Shown here in pieces: positions 55,778 through 64,000 of a stretch of DNA of 64,000 bases. This stretch comes from an uncultured virus (IMG/VR IMGVR_UViG_3300007169_000009). Its lineage: Duplodnaviria; Heunggongvirae; Uroviricota; Caudoviricetes. Positions within the stretch are counted from its first letter, which is position 1. The number at the start of each line of letters is the position of its first letter. The DNA is taken from IMG/VR virus record IMGVR_UViG_3300007169_000009; one strand, given 5' to 3'. Under the pieces are notes generated by a model that saw only the letters and a program-made list of their open reading frames with translations, did no database searches and was not told the origin of the DNA. The position numbers and the translations under genes are program-made.

Positions 55778-55946
55778 GTTTTTGGCGGAAGAGTCTCGTG
55801 AATGGACATCAGACCTTTCACTTGCCGGCTGCTCAATGTGTGCTGAGCCATTTGAGAACGCTCGCCATGCCAGAACCGCCAAGTCTATCTTGACAGATTT
55901 GTGGCCAACTCTGCAAGTTAGAGTTGTTCGCATTGACGAAGACTAA
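55764..55946 (+). CDS. hypothetical protein
   Basis: Overlapping start. Confidence 0.45.
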   Translation: MWKLEFLAEESREWTSDLSLAGCSMCAEPFENARHARTAKSILTDLWPTLQVRVVRIDED

Positions 55947-55984
55947 TTTCGCTGTCTAATTCCAGTCAATTCCACTCAAATCAA

Positions 55985-56221
55985 ATGATCGCACTCACTG
56001 AAGACTTTTCCGCTTTTCCCATGAATGAAGAGAGCAAAGCTCTACTTCTTGAGGCAATGTCAGAGTTTGAATCTGACGAGCGCAATGAAGTCAAGCGGAT
56101 CATCAAGGAGAGACTTCTTGAAATTAAGCGCCTTGAGTTCATGCTTGAAAAGGCAAAAGCTGATGTTGCGCGACTTGTGCAGGAAGATCCAACCGCAATT
56201 CGGATGCTGGCTGGCAAATGA
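55985..56221 (+). CDS. hypothetical coiled-coil protein
   Basis: ORF track; coupled to next gene. Confidence 0.55.
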   Translation: MIALTEDFSAFPMNEESKALLLEAMSEFESDERNEVKRIIKERLLEIKRLEFMLEKAKADVARLVQEDPTAIRMLAGK

Positions 56222-56553
56222 CGAGCGCACCGCACTCGGGATTCGTATTCGCTGATGGAAGCCGGCTTATGGCAGGCTTCCCAGGACAGTCTCACTGCTG
56301 GCTCATTGAAGGGTGCTTCCCGGTCTCTTGCGAAGTGACGGCTTCGTATTATGGGTTTGACCGCTTTGGCATTGACCGCTTTGGCATTGCTGTGCCTAGA
56401 AGAGAAGATGTTAGTCTTACGATCAGGGGGACTCGCGGAATCTCTTCGGTTTCCTTTGAAGACGGCCTAAAGCTTTTTCAAACCGCAGCAACAATGTCTG
56501 TCAATGAGCTTCTTGCAGCAGCGTTTGAGAAAATGAATGATCGAGCTATTTAG
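56218..56553 (+). CDS. hypothetical protein
   Basis: Contains a 15-bp tandem duplication at 56357-56386. Confidence 0.55.
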   Translation: MTSAPHSGFVFADGSRLMAGFPGQSHCWLIEGCFPVSCEVTASYYGFDRFGIDRFGIAVPRREDVSLTIRGTRGISSVSFEDGLKLFQTAATMSVNELLAAAFEKMNDRAI

Positions 56554-56582
56554 CTGTCATTTCGCAAGCCTTCGCTAAGCCA

Positions 56583-56921
56583 ATGCAACTTTCAGACGAT
56601 CAAATGCAGCAGCTTGTCGCTGATGCAACGCAAAATCTGCAAATTCAGCTTCAACAAAGCCTTGTCAAGAGACTTGAGATTACTGTCACGGAATCTGCAG
56701 CGCGCTTGATTCACTCTCATGTTGAGGCATGGATCAAGCAAAATGTTCTTCCAGATGTGACTACTTTGCTGGAGGATGGCAAGGCAGCTCTTCTTGCATC
56801 TTCGATTGAAGGGGCCAATGCCATTGCAGAAGGGCTTGCAGAAGGGATGAAAAACACTGCACTCAAGAATCTTGAGAGCCCTTACAGGCGTTCGGAGATT
56901 TTCAAAACGCTTTTCCAGTGA
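56583..56921 (+). CDS. hypothetical protein
   Basis: ORF track. Confidence 0.6.
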   Translation: MQLSDDQMQQLVADATQNLQIQLQQSLVKRLEITVTESAARLIHSHVEAWIKQNVLPDVTTLLEDGKAALLASSIEGANAIAEGLAEGMKNTALKNLESPYRRSEIFKTLFQ

Positions 56922-56927
56922 GATCCT

Positions 56928-57218
56928 ATGGAATGGATTATTGATCGGTTGCCAACTAAGGAAGACGCCGACAGCTACGGGAACGTTGTTTGCGGCGACA
57001 GAGATTCATGGGCGGATGTGCATTGGAGTTACGTGGACTCTCGCACTGCCTGGCTTGCATTCAAGCCGGCCCCAGAGCCCGCCGCCCCCACCAGCCAACC
57101 CCGCCCCCACCAGCCAACCCCGCCCCCCCCTTCACCCCTCCCGGCGCTACGCCCGAGCCAGCTGCCGCCGCTGTCACCACCCCCACCAGTCAGCCCCGCC
57201 GCATCAGGAGGTGGATAA
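56928..57218 (+). CDS. hypothetical protein with Pro-rich tail
   Basis: EWI.DRLPT.EDAD..G.V N-terminus; C-rich repeats. Confidence 0.6.
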   Translation: MEWIIDRLPTKEDADSYGNVVCGDRDSWADVHWSYVDSRTAWLAFKPAPEPAAPTSQPRPHQPTPPPPSPLPALRPSQLPPLSPPPPVSPAASGGG

Positions 57219-57463
57219 TGGCTGATCCCCGCAATGCTCCACCCACCGGCTTTGTCGCCACCTGTCGCTGCGGCGTGGTCGTTGGCGCTATGGACTACAT
57301 CCGCACCGATCGCCGCGAGGCTGGTCGCCTCCTTGGTCAGTGGCTTCACGATGGCTGCACCGTCGAGCCACGGTTCACTGGCACATGGAACGTCTACGTT
57401 AAACCTTGCCGCTGTGGCATGGACTACTTGCCACTGTCCAGCGAAAAGGTGGATCATGACTGA
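57218..57463 (+). CDS. hypothetical Cys-containing protein
   Basis: AGGAGG RBS; CRCG at both ends. Confidence 0.6.
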   Translation: MADPRNAPPTGFVATCRCGVVVGAMDYIRTDRREAGRLLGQWLHDGCTVEPRFTGTWNVYVKPCRCGMDYLPLSSEKVDHD

Positions 57464-57587
57464 CCGCGTGAGCATCGCGCTCGATGCCGACTCGGTTGCT
57501 GCCGTGGCCGACGACGGCACTTCATGGTGGCTTAGCGGCGATGGAACCGAGTGGACCCAAATGCCCGCGTTGCCGGATCGGAAATGA
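57456..57587 (+). CDS. small hypothetical protein
   Basis: AVADDGT.W...W...PALP. Confidence 0.5.
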   Translation: MTDRVSIALDADSVAAVADDGTSWWLSGDGTEWTQMPALPDRK

Positions 57588-57738
57588 GTCTTCTTGATGA
57601 ATGCGTTGCTGCATACAGCGCTGGTGTCGAACCCGTCAGATGGCCCAAAACAGTCTTCGGGCCGGATCGCGCCGCGCTGGCGTTGCTGCCGTGCTGGCAC
57701 ATCTTTCCGCAAACCCCACTCTTACCAGGACACTTCTC

Positions 57739-57936
57739 ATGAACGAAGAGGCAGCTAAGGCGATTTCTGTCGTAGAAGCAAAGAAAGAAAAAGCAAGGCT
57801 TGAGCACGAGATCGGGGCGCTTGTAAGCGCTTTTTCAGAAAAAACCGGGCTTAGCATTAAGGGCCTGGACCTGATGCCACTTGTGTCAATGGGAGACGAG
57901 ACTAGGTATTATGTTAAAGTTGATGCTGAGCTGTGA
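57739..57936 (+). CDS. hypothetical protein
   Basis: K..LE.EI...V..F..KTG. Confidence 0.55.
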   Translation: MNEEAAKAISVVEAKKEKARLEHEIGALVSAFSEKTGLSIKGLDLMPLVSMGDETRYYVKVDAEL

Positions 57937-58100
57937 TGCAAAATTCAGTCTGCGAAAAAATTAAAAAGCAAAAAGCTGTTAATTTTTTCAACAACTTAAT
58001 TTGCGCATTCATAGCTGCTTCGGTTTTTGCTATGATTGGCATTGAGTACGGCAATAGCCGTCTCCCAGCCAACAGTGGCACGCAAGGGTGCGTCAAATGA
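57936..58100 (+). CDS. small membrane protein (54 aa)
   Basis: NNLIC.FI...VFAMIGIE.G. Confidence 0.55.
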   Translation: MQNSVCEKIKKQKAVNFFNNLICAFIAASVFAMIGIEYGNSRLPANSGTQGCVK

Positions 58101-58270
58101 CAATGCTTGCGTTTACATGCGTCGCAATGAAAGCCAGCGATCCGCCAAAGCGAATTGGAATTATTGCGACCTGCAGAGAAGGCGCCATTCAGACTGCTCA
58201 AGAAATCTTCCCAAACCACGTTTTGGGAATTGTAAGTCTTGAGCCCGAATGGACAGATGATCCAGCTTGA
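58097..58270 (+). CDS. hypothetical protein
   Basis: ATGA coupling; PEW.D C-terminus. Confidence 0.55.
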   Translation: MTMLAFTCVAMKASDPPKRIGIIATCREGAIQTAQEIFPNHVLGIVSLEPEWTDDPA

Positions 58271-58296
58271 TTCACAAACCAAGTAAATGATCAACG

Positions 58297-58476
58297 ATGA
58301 TTGAACGAATCAGGGAGCAGCTTCAGCGCTGGCAACTTCGCCGGGAGCAATGGCAGTTTCACCGCTTCAGGGCCAAGCTGCTTTCTGACTTTTATCTCTA
58401 CCAGTATGCCACTGGTGGCCACTACAACCTGCAATTCGTCAAGGCTTGCAGGCATGAACTGAGAAACCGTCGCTAA
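58297..58476 (+). CDS. hypothetical protein (59 aa)
   Basis: Fills gap on operon strand. Confidence 0.5.
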   Translation: MIERIREQLQRWQLRREQWQFHRFRAKLLSDFYLYQYATGGHYNLQFVKACRHELRNRR

Positions 58477-58495
58477 CGCCATTCAACATCAAATC

Positions 58496-58912
58496 ATGAA
58501 CTACGACGACTGGAAGCTGAGTCCACCAGAGTACCCAGCTGATTCTGAGTTTCAGGAGAAGGTAATCGACAGGAATCAGGGAGTATTTTCTTGGCAAAGA
58601 TTTTGCCATTCAATGCCTCAATATTGCGTTGATGACGCAATTTGGCAAACTTGCAAAAAAGGCCCATTCATTACGCCGATTGAAAGGCTAATTTTTTGGG
58701 CCAATCTTGCAGTGGCGAGGCTCAAGAGACTGCAAAATCCCATTCAAGTAGCTGGCTGGATGTCACTGGCATGGGTCAATTCCTCCTATGTCGATGCCTG
58801 CGTCACGGTAGAAGAGACATGGAAGGAATCTTGGTCTTTTCATGACTTAAAAGCCGTCGAAGAGGATGATGGATCTATTTCACTGTATCGTTGCAACTTT
58901 GAAAAGCCTTAA
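58496..58912 (+). CDS. hypothetical protein
   Basis: YDDWKL.PP N-terminus. Confidence 0.6.
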   Translation: MNYDDWKLSPPEYPADSEFQEKVIDRNQGVFSWQRFCHSMPQYCVDDAIWQTCKKGPFITPIERLIFWANLAVARLKRLQNPIQVAGWMSLAWVNSSYVDACVTVEETWKESWSFHDLKAVEEDDGSISLYRCNFEKP

Positions 58913-59479
58913 ATGCAAGCCTCGATGAAAGACGTGGCCTTTTGGTCGTCAACTCCACAGCAAGGAAAGACAACTGCTGCAAGGTATCTGCAACACTTTG
59001 GGTACGCAAAGTTTGCATTTGCTGATCCACTTTACGCAATGCTCAGGTCAATGCTGCTGATAGCTGGCTACGAGCGCAGTGAAATCGACTTTTATCTTTC
59101 GGAAGGGAAGGAAGAGGTTATTCCTGAAATTGGCGTCAGTTGCAGGCATTTAACCAGAACGCTTGGCACGGAATGGGGAAGGCACATTATTGACCAGAAT
59201 TTGTGGGTCAAAGTCGCAAGAAAAAGAATCCTAAAAGAGCAGGGAGACATTTATAGGCGACCAATTTGCTTTGATGATCTTCGCTTTCCAAATGAACTTG
59301 AGCTGCTTAAGAGACACGGCTTTACGCTTATCAGGGTTGTGCGCGAAACTGGCAGAAGTGACTATCACGTTTCTGACTTGGCGCTGAGGGATTACGATGG
59401 CTGGGACCATGTTGTTGAAAACAATGGCACACCAGAAGAGTTCAACTTCAAAATTCAAAAGCTTCTTGAATGGAACTAA
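58913..59479 (+). CDS. deoxynucleoside monophosphate kinase
   Basis: GKTTAA, FADPL, R....LGTEWGR, DDLRFPNE, H.S. Confidence 0.88.
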   Translation: MQASMKDVAFWSSTPQQGKTTAARYLQHFGYAKFAFADPLYAMLRSMLLIAGYERSEIDFYLSEGKEEVIPEIGVSCRHLTRTLGTEWGRHIIDQNLWVKVARKRILKEQGDIYRRPICFDDLRFPNELELLKRHGFTLIRVVRETGRSDYHVSDLALRDYDGWDHVVENNGTPEEFNFKIQKLLEWN

Positions 59480-59712
59480 CTAACTTTGAGAAAAGGCTTT
59501 TGCTTGTTGCGCTAAAGTTTCTCTACAGAGCCGGTCCACACTTTGTTTCAATGCTGTGGGATGGCAATTCACCAGAGAAGCAAGAAGATTGGGACAAGTG
59601 CAAGGCTCGCATGAAAAAGCTTTACGCAAAAATCAAAGGTAGCATTGATGACGGTTGCATCCCAGAGCCTCAGGCTTGCCGAGATCACATTCGCAAGCAA
59701 GCAAAACTTTAG
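59470..59712 (+). CDS. hypothetical protein
   Basis: ORF track. Confidence 0.5.
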   Translation: MELTNFEKRLLLVALKFLYRAGPHFVSMLWDGNSPEKQEDWDKCKARMKKLYAKIKGSIDDGCIPEPQACRDHIRKQAKL

Positions 59713-59881
59713 GTATGTTTACACGGCAGGAGGCTTCAAGGTTTGTCGCAAGTGCTGCGGATCAGAAAGGACTAGGTTTGCTATTGACCCTCTCTGGATC
59801 ATCAAGGCTGACAACGTAAATGCAACTGGCTACAGAATAAAGTGCGAAAACTGTGGCGGATGGATTGATTCTAAATCCTAG
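59645..59881 (+). CDS. small zinc-ribbon protein
   Basis: CRKC...CENC. Confidence 0.5.
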   Translation: MMTVASQSLRLAEITFASKQNFRYVYTAGGFKVCRKCCGSERTRFAIDPLWIIKADNVNATGYRIKCENCGGWIDSKS

Positions 59882-59934
59882 GATTAAATCTTACAGGTTC
59901 ACTATCGCGCAAGGCTGAACTGGGGCAAGAGTTT

Positions 59935-59975
59935 GCGGTCGAGGCTGGCTAAATTGCCAGAATCGACCGCTTTTT
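59935..59975 (+). terminator. long hairpin terminator
   Basis: GCGGTCGA..CTGGC-loop-GCCAG..TCGACCGC-TTTTT. Confidence 0.75.
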
Positions 59976-60011
59976 AGTGTTACGCTTCGCCAACCTTATG
60001 GCGGGCTTCGC

Positions 60012-60040
60012 TTGCATACGGGGCGTTCGTATGGTACAAT
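60012..60040 (+). promoter_or_regulatory. sigma70-type promoter with extended -10 and operator-like dyad
   Basis: TTGCAT-N17-TACAAT, TG at 60032-33; CATACG-N7-CGTATG. Confidence 0.7.
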
Positions 60041-60097
60041 GGATGGCGTCGGGGATCTTGCGGGCTCGCCGGCCGCCACACTTACACCTTACAGGTT

Positions 60098-60493
60098 ATG
60101 CCAACAGCAAATCAGACCGTGCGTCAGGCAGCAGTTGCTAGGCGACAGCTTAAAAGGCTGCTTAAGCAGCTGCCAAGCTTGCGGCTCAGCATTTACAAGT
60201 TGTTAGTTGCCATCAAGAAGGATCAATGCTGGGAGCCTAGCTCTGACGCCGAAGAGCCCTACATTGACTTCACCATCGGTTGCACCTTCGACTTTGACGA
60301 AGGTTGCATTATCTGGAGCTACCAGACCGGAGACAACAGCTTCACTGGTGGAGCTTACGGGCACCCCGAATGGTTTACTACTTCACTACTTAGCCGCAGT
60401 AGCTGCATGGATCTTGCCACTGGTCTGATCTCAGAGATTGACAGTCGCATCTGCGAGCTTGCATCCGGCCACTTTCCTTTTGCCGAATACTGA
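60098..60493 (+). CDS. hypothetical protein
   Basis: W.YQTGDNSFTGGAYG.P.W motif. Confidence 0.7.
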   Translation: MPTANQTVRQAAVARRQLKRLLKQLPSLRLSIYKLLVAIKKDQCWEPSSDAEEPYIDFTIGCTFDFDEGCIIWSYQTGDNSFTGGAYGHPEWFTTSLLSRSSCMDLATGLISEIDSRICELASGHFPFAEY

Positions 60494-60549
60494 GTCTGTA
60501 TCTGCTGATCAGCTTTTTGCATGTTTGCAGTTTACCTGATTTTCACTCA

Positions 60550-61203
60550 ATGAAGAACTACAAGCTCACAGTCGCCGAGAATCAGCTTACTGGTGAGATT
60601 GGCGTCATTGTTTGCACTGGCCGCAAGTACCATGATCCGTGGAATGGGACAGTTGCAGCTCACGACATTCTTGAGCATCCTGCAACTCCGCACCACGATC
60701 CATTTATTGACGAGTTTATGGCTCTTGGAGCGATGGCTGCAAGTAGAATAGCGACGAACCATAGATCATTTTCAAGGCTAAGACCTGACAGCTTTGCCGA
60801 CATTAGCGCAGACATTAGTAGACTTATCCTTGAGCGTCCCCAGCAACTATGCCCCATTCCCTCAGGGAATAGAGTAAGGGATTCAAGAATTGTCTCTGAT
60901 TTTAGAGATTGCGTGAAAGCGGGCATTAAAGAAGCTCGCTATGAGCTTGAAGAAGAAGGCGATACAATGCGCGAAATAAACGAAGAAGAGCTATCTTCTA
61001 TCGTTGGCTGGATGTGCAAAGGCTACAGTCTTTATCGCGCAAGATTCAGGCGTTCGCCCGACAACGCCATCTACCTGTTTGATCTGATTCAGAAAGAAGT
61101 GGACAGCTGGCTTTCTGATAATAACTTTGAAGGCGCTGAAGCTACATTGTGCGTAGACTTTACGAACTGCTACTGCCACATTGCCGAGCATTTCTCAAAA
61201 TGA
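60550..61203 (+). CDS. hypothetical protein
   Basis: AHDILEH...DE..ALG. Confidence 0.7.
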   Translation: MKNYKLTVAENQLTGEIGVIVCTGRKYHDPWNGTVAAHDILEHPATPHHDPFIDEFMALGAMAASRIATNHRSFSRLRPDSFADISADISRLILERPQQLCPIPSGNRVRDSRIVSDFRDCVKAGIKEARYELEEEGDTMREINEEELSSIVGWMCKGYSLYRARFRRSPDNAIYLFDLIQKEVDSWLSDNNFEGAEATLCVDFTNCYCHIAEHFSK

Positions 61204-61358
61204 AGAAACTCGTTATCGAAATCAAGGGAGATTGCACAGACTCCTTGTGCAATGCCATCAGAGAGGTTGAGCGCGTCGTTAGCGAAGGCTACACCTCTGG
61301 CTTCAATAGCAACGAAACAGATTGCTACCACTTTGACATTTCTGAGATCAATGACTAG
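61200..61358 (+). CDS. small hypothetical protein
   Basis: A..EV...V.EGYTSGF. Confidence 0.55.
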   Translation: MKKLVIEIKGDCTDSLCNAIREVERVVSEGYTSGFNSNETDCYHFDISEIND

Positions 61359-61614
61359 CTCAACAGAAGACAGCCGCTTGTTTATTGCCGTGTTTCCTAC
61401 TGGCATCGGCTATGCCGATATGTCAAAGGAGGAGCATGGAGATTACAAGCGTGTTGCATTTTTGTCTTATCGAACTTTGCAGTTTGAGCCGGAAAAAAAT
61501 GCAAACAGAGAGCTTATTGAGCAGGCCAGGCAGCACGCAGTTACAATCCAGGCGATGCGCGGGCAAGAGTTCCGTGTTTCAGCCTCCGGTCAAACCGTGC
61601 TTCTTGGAAGTTGA
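61351..61614 (+). CDS. hypothetical protein
   Basis: FP.G..YAD...E.HGDYK..A. Confidence 0.65.
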   Translation: MTSSTEDSRLFIAVFPTGIGYADMSKEEHGDYKRVAFLSYRTLQFEPEKNANRELIEQARQHAVTIQAMRGQEFRVSASGQTVLLGS

Positions 61615-61647
61615 CTCCCTTGACTTTCCAGTTTATCTTTTTTGACA

Positions 61648-62058
61648 ATGAATCCATCAGTTAAGCAGCTTGCTGAAACCCTACTTTGGTCGGAGTACGA
61701 TCGTGACGGAGACGACGAGCCACTTGATTCAAAGTTCAGCCCTGAAGACATTGACAGTAAATCTCTGTCGGAACTTCATCAGAGATTTCAAAAGTTTCTC
61801 TCAGAAGCAGAGGCTGAAATTACCAAGCTCAAGGGTGATGGTTGGAGTTTCGTTGAAGACTTTTACACTGGATCAGACAGAAGTGGCTATCAGCTTGAGC
61901 ATGATTACATTATGACTGTCAATGGTCATGGCTGCGGCTTTTGGGAGACAAGTGATTGGTTGCCAGAAGTCGGAGACATCTTGACAAAACTTGCAAAAGA
62001 AGAAAAGCAGATTAGCTGCTGGGTCAAAGATGAAACAGTTTACATTGAGTTCGGTTAA
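61648..62058 (+). CDS. conserved phage hypothetical protein
   Basis: HD...T.NGHG.GFW motif. Confidence 0.7.
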   Translation: MNPSVKQLAETLLWSEYDRDGDDEPLDSKFSPEDIDSKSLSELHQRFQKFLSEAEAEITKLKGDGWSFVEDFYTGSDRSGYQLEHDYIMTVNGHGCGFWETSDWLPEVGDILTKLAKEEKQISCWVKDETVYIEFG

Positions 62059-62352
62059 ATGAAAGAGTCGGCTATTCAGATTTATCGACTTAGCGAAGTC
62101 GGGCGATCAATGACATGGAGAGAGTATCAAGCTTTTGGCTATGGTCTGACACAATGGCAAGATTACGGGCTTTCCAGGTCTTTTGGGCCGATTGCGCACT
62201 GGAGCCCAAATCTTACGCTTGGCGAGATTGAAGATGCCTGCCCATTTGCAGGCAGAACAATGGCAAAGATTTTTGCCGAAAGGTTGGGGCTTCCAGATTT
62301 AGCCATCACGGATGGGCCTCCCAGATTCTACAGGCAAATCGACCGATCTTAA
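62059..62352 (+). CDS. hypothetical protein
   Basis: ORF track. Confidence 0.55.
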   Translation: MKESAIQIYRLSEVGRSMTWREYQAFGYGLTQWQDYGLSRSFGPIAHWSPNLTLGEIEDACPFAGRTMAKIFAERLGLPDLAITDGPPRFYRQIDRS

Positions 62353-62356
62353 AAAA

Positions 62357-62560
62357 ATGAACCGACCCCTCGGCTATCTGCAACAGCAAATGTTTGATTT
62401 TTGCAAGCGCCACCCTGGACATCACTATGTCCCAGCTGACGCTGAGAGTGTAAGGATTGCTCGATCACTTGAAAAGCGCGGCCTACTGCACATCACAGAT
62501 TGCGGGATGGTCGATGCTCGCGGCAGGTCTGCCCTGATGGCCTCCTACGTTGAACCCTGA
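62357..62560 (+). CDS. hypothetical protein
   Basis: Q..M..F...HPG.H...SL..RGL. Confidence 0.55.
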   Translation: MNRPLGYLQQQMFDFCKRHPGHHYVPADAESVRIARSLEKRGLLHITDCGMVDARGRSALMASYVEP

Positions 62561-62677
62561 GCATCGCCAGCGCCAGCCAGCGACCTCCCTGCGCCACCTT
62601 GGCCCATCGAAGTGACACTCTGGGGCCTCCAGCCTCAGAGCCCCCTCCCTGGCGATTTCTGCCTTCAAGTTAAAGCC

Positions 62678-63172
62678 ATGCCAAAGACTCGCAACTCTTT
62701 ACAACTTACAAGAAACGAGACAATCGAAAGGCTACAGGCTGCCAAAAGTTACCTTGGAAACAAGGATAGACTGGCATTTATGCGAACAGGTAGCATCTAC
62801 CTTCCGTGCAACTATCGCCCTGAAGACGAGCAAAGCTGGTACTCTGCGCCGAGGCTTTCTGAGTTAGAGCTTTGCTCCCTTTCAGAATGCACTATGGCCT
62901 TCGCCGGCTACAGCTGGAAGGCTGATTCAAGGTTCATGGCATCTAACGCAATCGAGTTTACAGACTGGGCATTCCGCAAAGGCGCTTCAATAGGTGAGGC
63001 AGTAGTCATCATTTTTTATCCTTGGAAGGAGAAGCGCAAAACCACAAAAACTGCAACTTTGTGGCTTGGGACTTGGCATCACGCCCCGCTCATTGCATGG
63101 ATTGGTGGCATGGTCGCAGATCAAAATGTAGCAGTTGACGCTCTCCCTAAGTACCTCGATCTGATTCACTAA
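62678..63172 (+). CDS. hypothetical protein
   Basis: ORF track. Confidence 0.55.
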   Translation: MPKTRNSLQLTRNETIERLQAAKSYLGNKDRLAFMRTGSIYLPCNYRPEDEQSWYSAPRLSELELCSLSECTMAFAGYSWKADSRFMASNAIEFTDWAFRKGASIGEAVVIIFYPWKEKRKTTKTATLWLGTWHHAPLIAWIGGMVADQNVAVDALPKYLDLIH

Positions 63173-63771
63173 TGCAAAACATCCTTCTTGAAGTTAAAAG
63201 CGTTCGGCGCTGCGACAATGGCCACACTTGCAACTTGATAGCTAACGGCAGAAAGGTTGCATTTATTGCCCCTGGCATCTTTGAGTGGACAAACTATTCA
63301 AAAAAGGTTGATGTGCTGACTTGGTTTGCGGCCAGGGCAGGCTCAAAGGCAAAGCAGCCGCAACCTACAGAGCTGAAAGATGGTTGGGAGTCTGAGATTC
63401 CAGATCACAGGCTAGAAGACGCAAAGCATGAGGCGACGGAAACGGCCTTGCATCAATGGGTCATCTTGCATTTTAAGGCATACGAGATTACTCAAAGATG
63501 CAAGTTTACAGTTATGAGCCTTGGCAGCAAAGGGGAGATTCTTGACTGGGGCATTTCTCCTGACAGTCTGCATCCCACCAGGCTAGGTGATAACTGGGAG
63601 TCTCAGCTTTCTGGTTGCGACAGCGGTTCCGGCAAAGCTAAAGGTAGTGGCTACAGTCGCTCACGCTCTTCTTCGTCAACTTTGTTGAACAAACTTTCCA
63701 TGCCAGAAATAGTCAGGCTTTTAGAGCAAAAGCCAAAGCCAGCTCCTCGGCGGAAACGCGCTAAGGTTTAA
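63172..63771 (+). CDS. hypothetical protein
   Basis: TAATG coupling. Confidence 0.6.
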   Translation: MQNILLEVKSVRRCDNGHTCNLIANGRKVAFIAPGIFEWTNYSKKVDVLTWFAARAGSKAKQPQPTELKDGWESEIPDHRLEDAKHEATETALHQWVILHFKAYEITQRCKFTVMSLGSKGEILDWGISPDSLHPTRLGDNWESQLSGCDSGSGKAKGSGYSRSRSSSSTLLNKLSMPEIVRLLEQKPKPAPRRKRAKV

Positions 63772-63787
63772 CGGTTGCCTCTTTGCA

Positions 63788-64000
63788 ATGAAAGTCTTGG
63801 TTGCTTGCGAGTTTAGCGGCAGAGTTCGGGATGCTTTTCTGAAGAAGGGCCATGAAGCGATTTCATGCGACATTTTGCCGACAGAGGTTCCAGGGCCGCA
63901 TTATCAAGGCGATGTGGCAGACATTTTGCATACTGAAAGTTGGGATCTTATTATTGCGCATCCTCCATGCACCTATCTTGCCAAAAGTGGTGTAAGGTGG
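63788..64000 (+). CDS. DNA cytosine methyltransferase-like protein (partial, runs off window)
   Basis: MKVLVACEFSG.VR.AF...GH...SCD.LP...H.QGD...WDLIIAHPPCT (PC catalytic motif). Confidence 0.75.
   Translation, partial: MKVLVACEFSGRVRDAFLKKGHEAISCDILPTEVPGPHYQGDVADILHTESWDLIIAHPPCTYLAKSGVRW

Noticed and set aside
56357..56386. 15-bp tandem duplication TTGACCGCTTTGGCA
   Set aside because: In-frame slippage duplication with no sign of regulatory function
471..60352. Frequent CTGGTGG (Chi-like) words
   Set aside because: Occur on both strands and fit Gly-Gly or Leu-Val codons; enrichment cannot be shown without counting
1..64000. Prophage status or lysogeny module
   Set aside because: No integrase, att site, CI-like repressor or flanking host genes recognised; lifestyle cannot be determined from this window

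Overview
A 64 kb stretch of a tailed dsDNA phage with lambda-like siphovirus architecture. The host is most likely a picocyanobacterium (Synechococcus/Cyanobium-like), inferred from an NblA-like gene, a cyAbrB-like regulator, two group-2-like sigma70 factors and a cyanobacterial-type ThyX. Gene order: nblA, terL, portal, scaffold, a cluster of small Lys/Arg-rich genes, major capsid, neck and tail genes (a chaperone with a likely +1 frameshift, a ~2,840-aa tape measure, gpM/L/K/I/J, several fibres), a lysis region with a YkuD-like enzyme, two minus-strand sigma factors, replication/recombination genes (initiator with internal origin, DnaB, Rad52/Sak, exonuclease, two SSBs, RuvC-like), then ~19 kb of small, mostly unknown ORFs that include MazG-like, ThyX, dNMP kinase and a partial methyltransferase-like gene. 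Most interesting: (i) an apparent transcription and photosynthesis take-over kit (two sigmas, cyAbrB, a Zn-ribbon/alpha-CTD fusion, NblA) with a recurring GCTAnnnT promoter motif; (ii) a tandem array of paralogous cassettes with conserved ends and variable cores; (iii) the basic mini-protein cluster in the head module. No tRNA, CRISPR array, integrase or reverse transcriptase was recognised. All family calls come from recognising motifs by eye; no searches were run.
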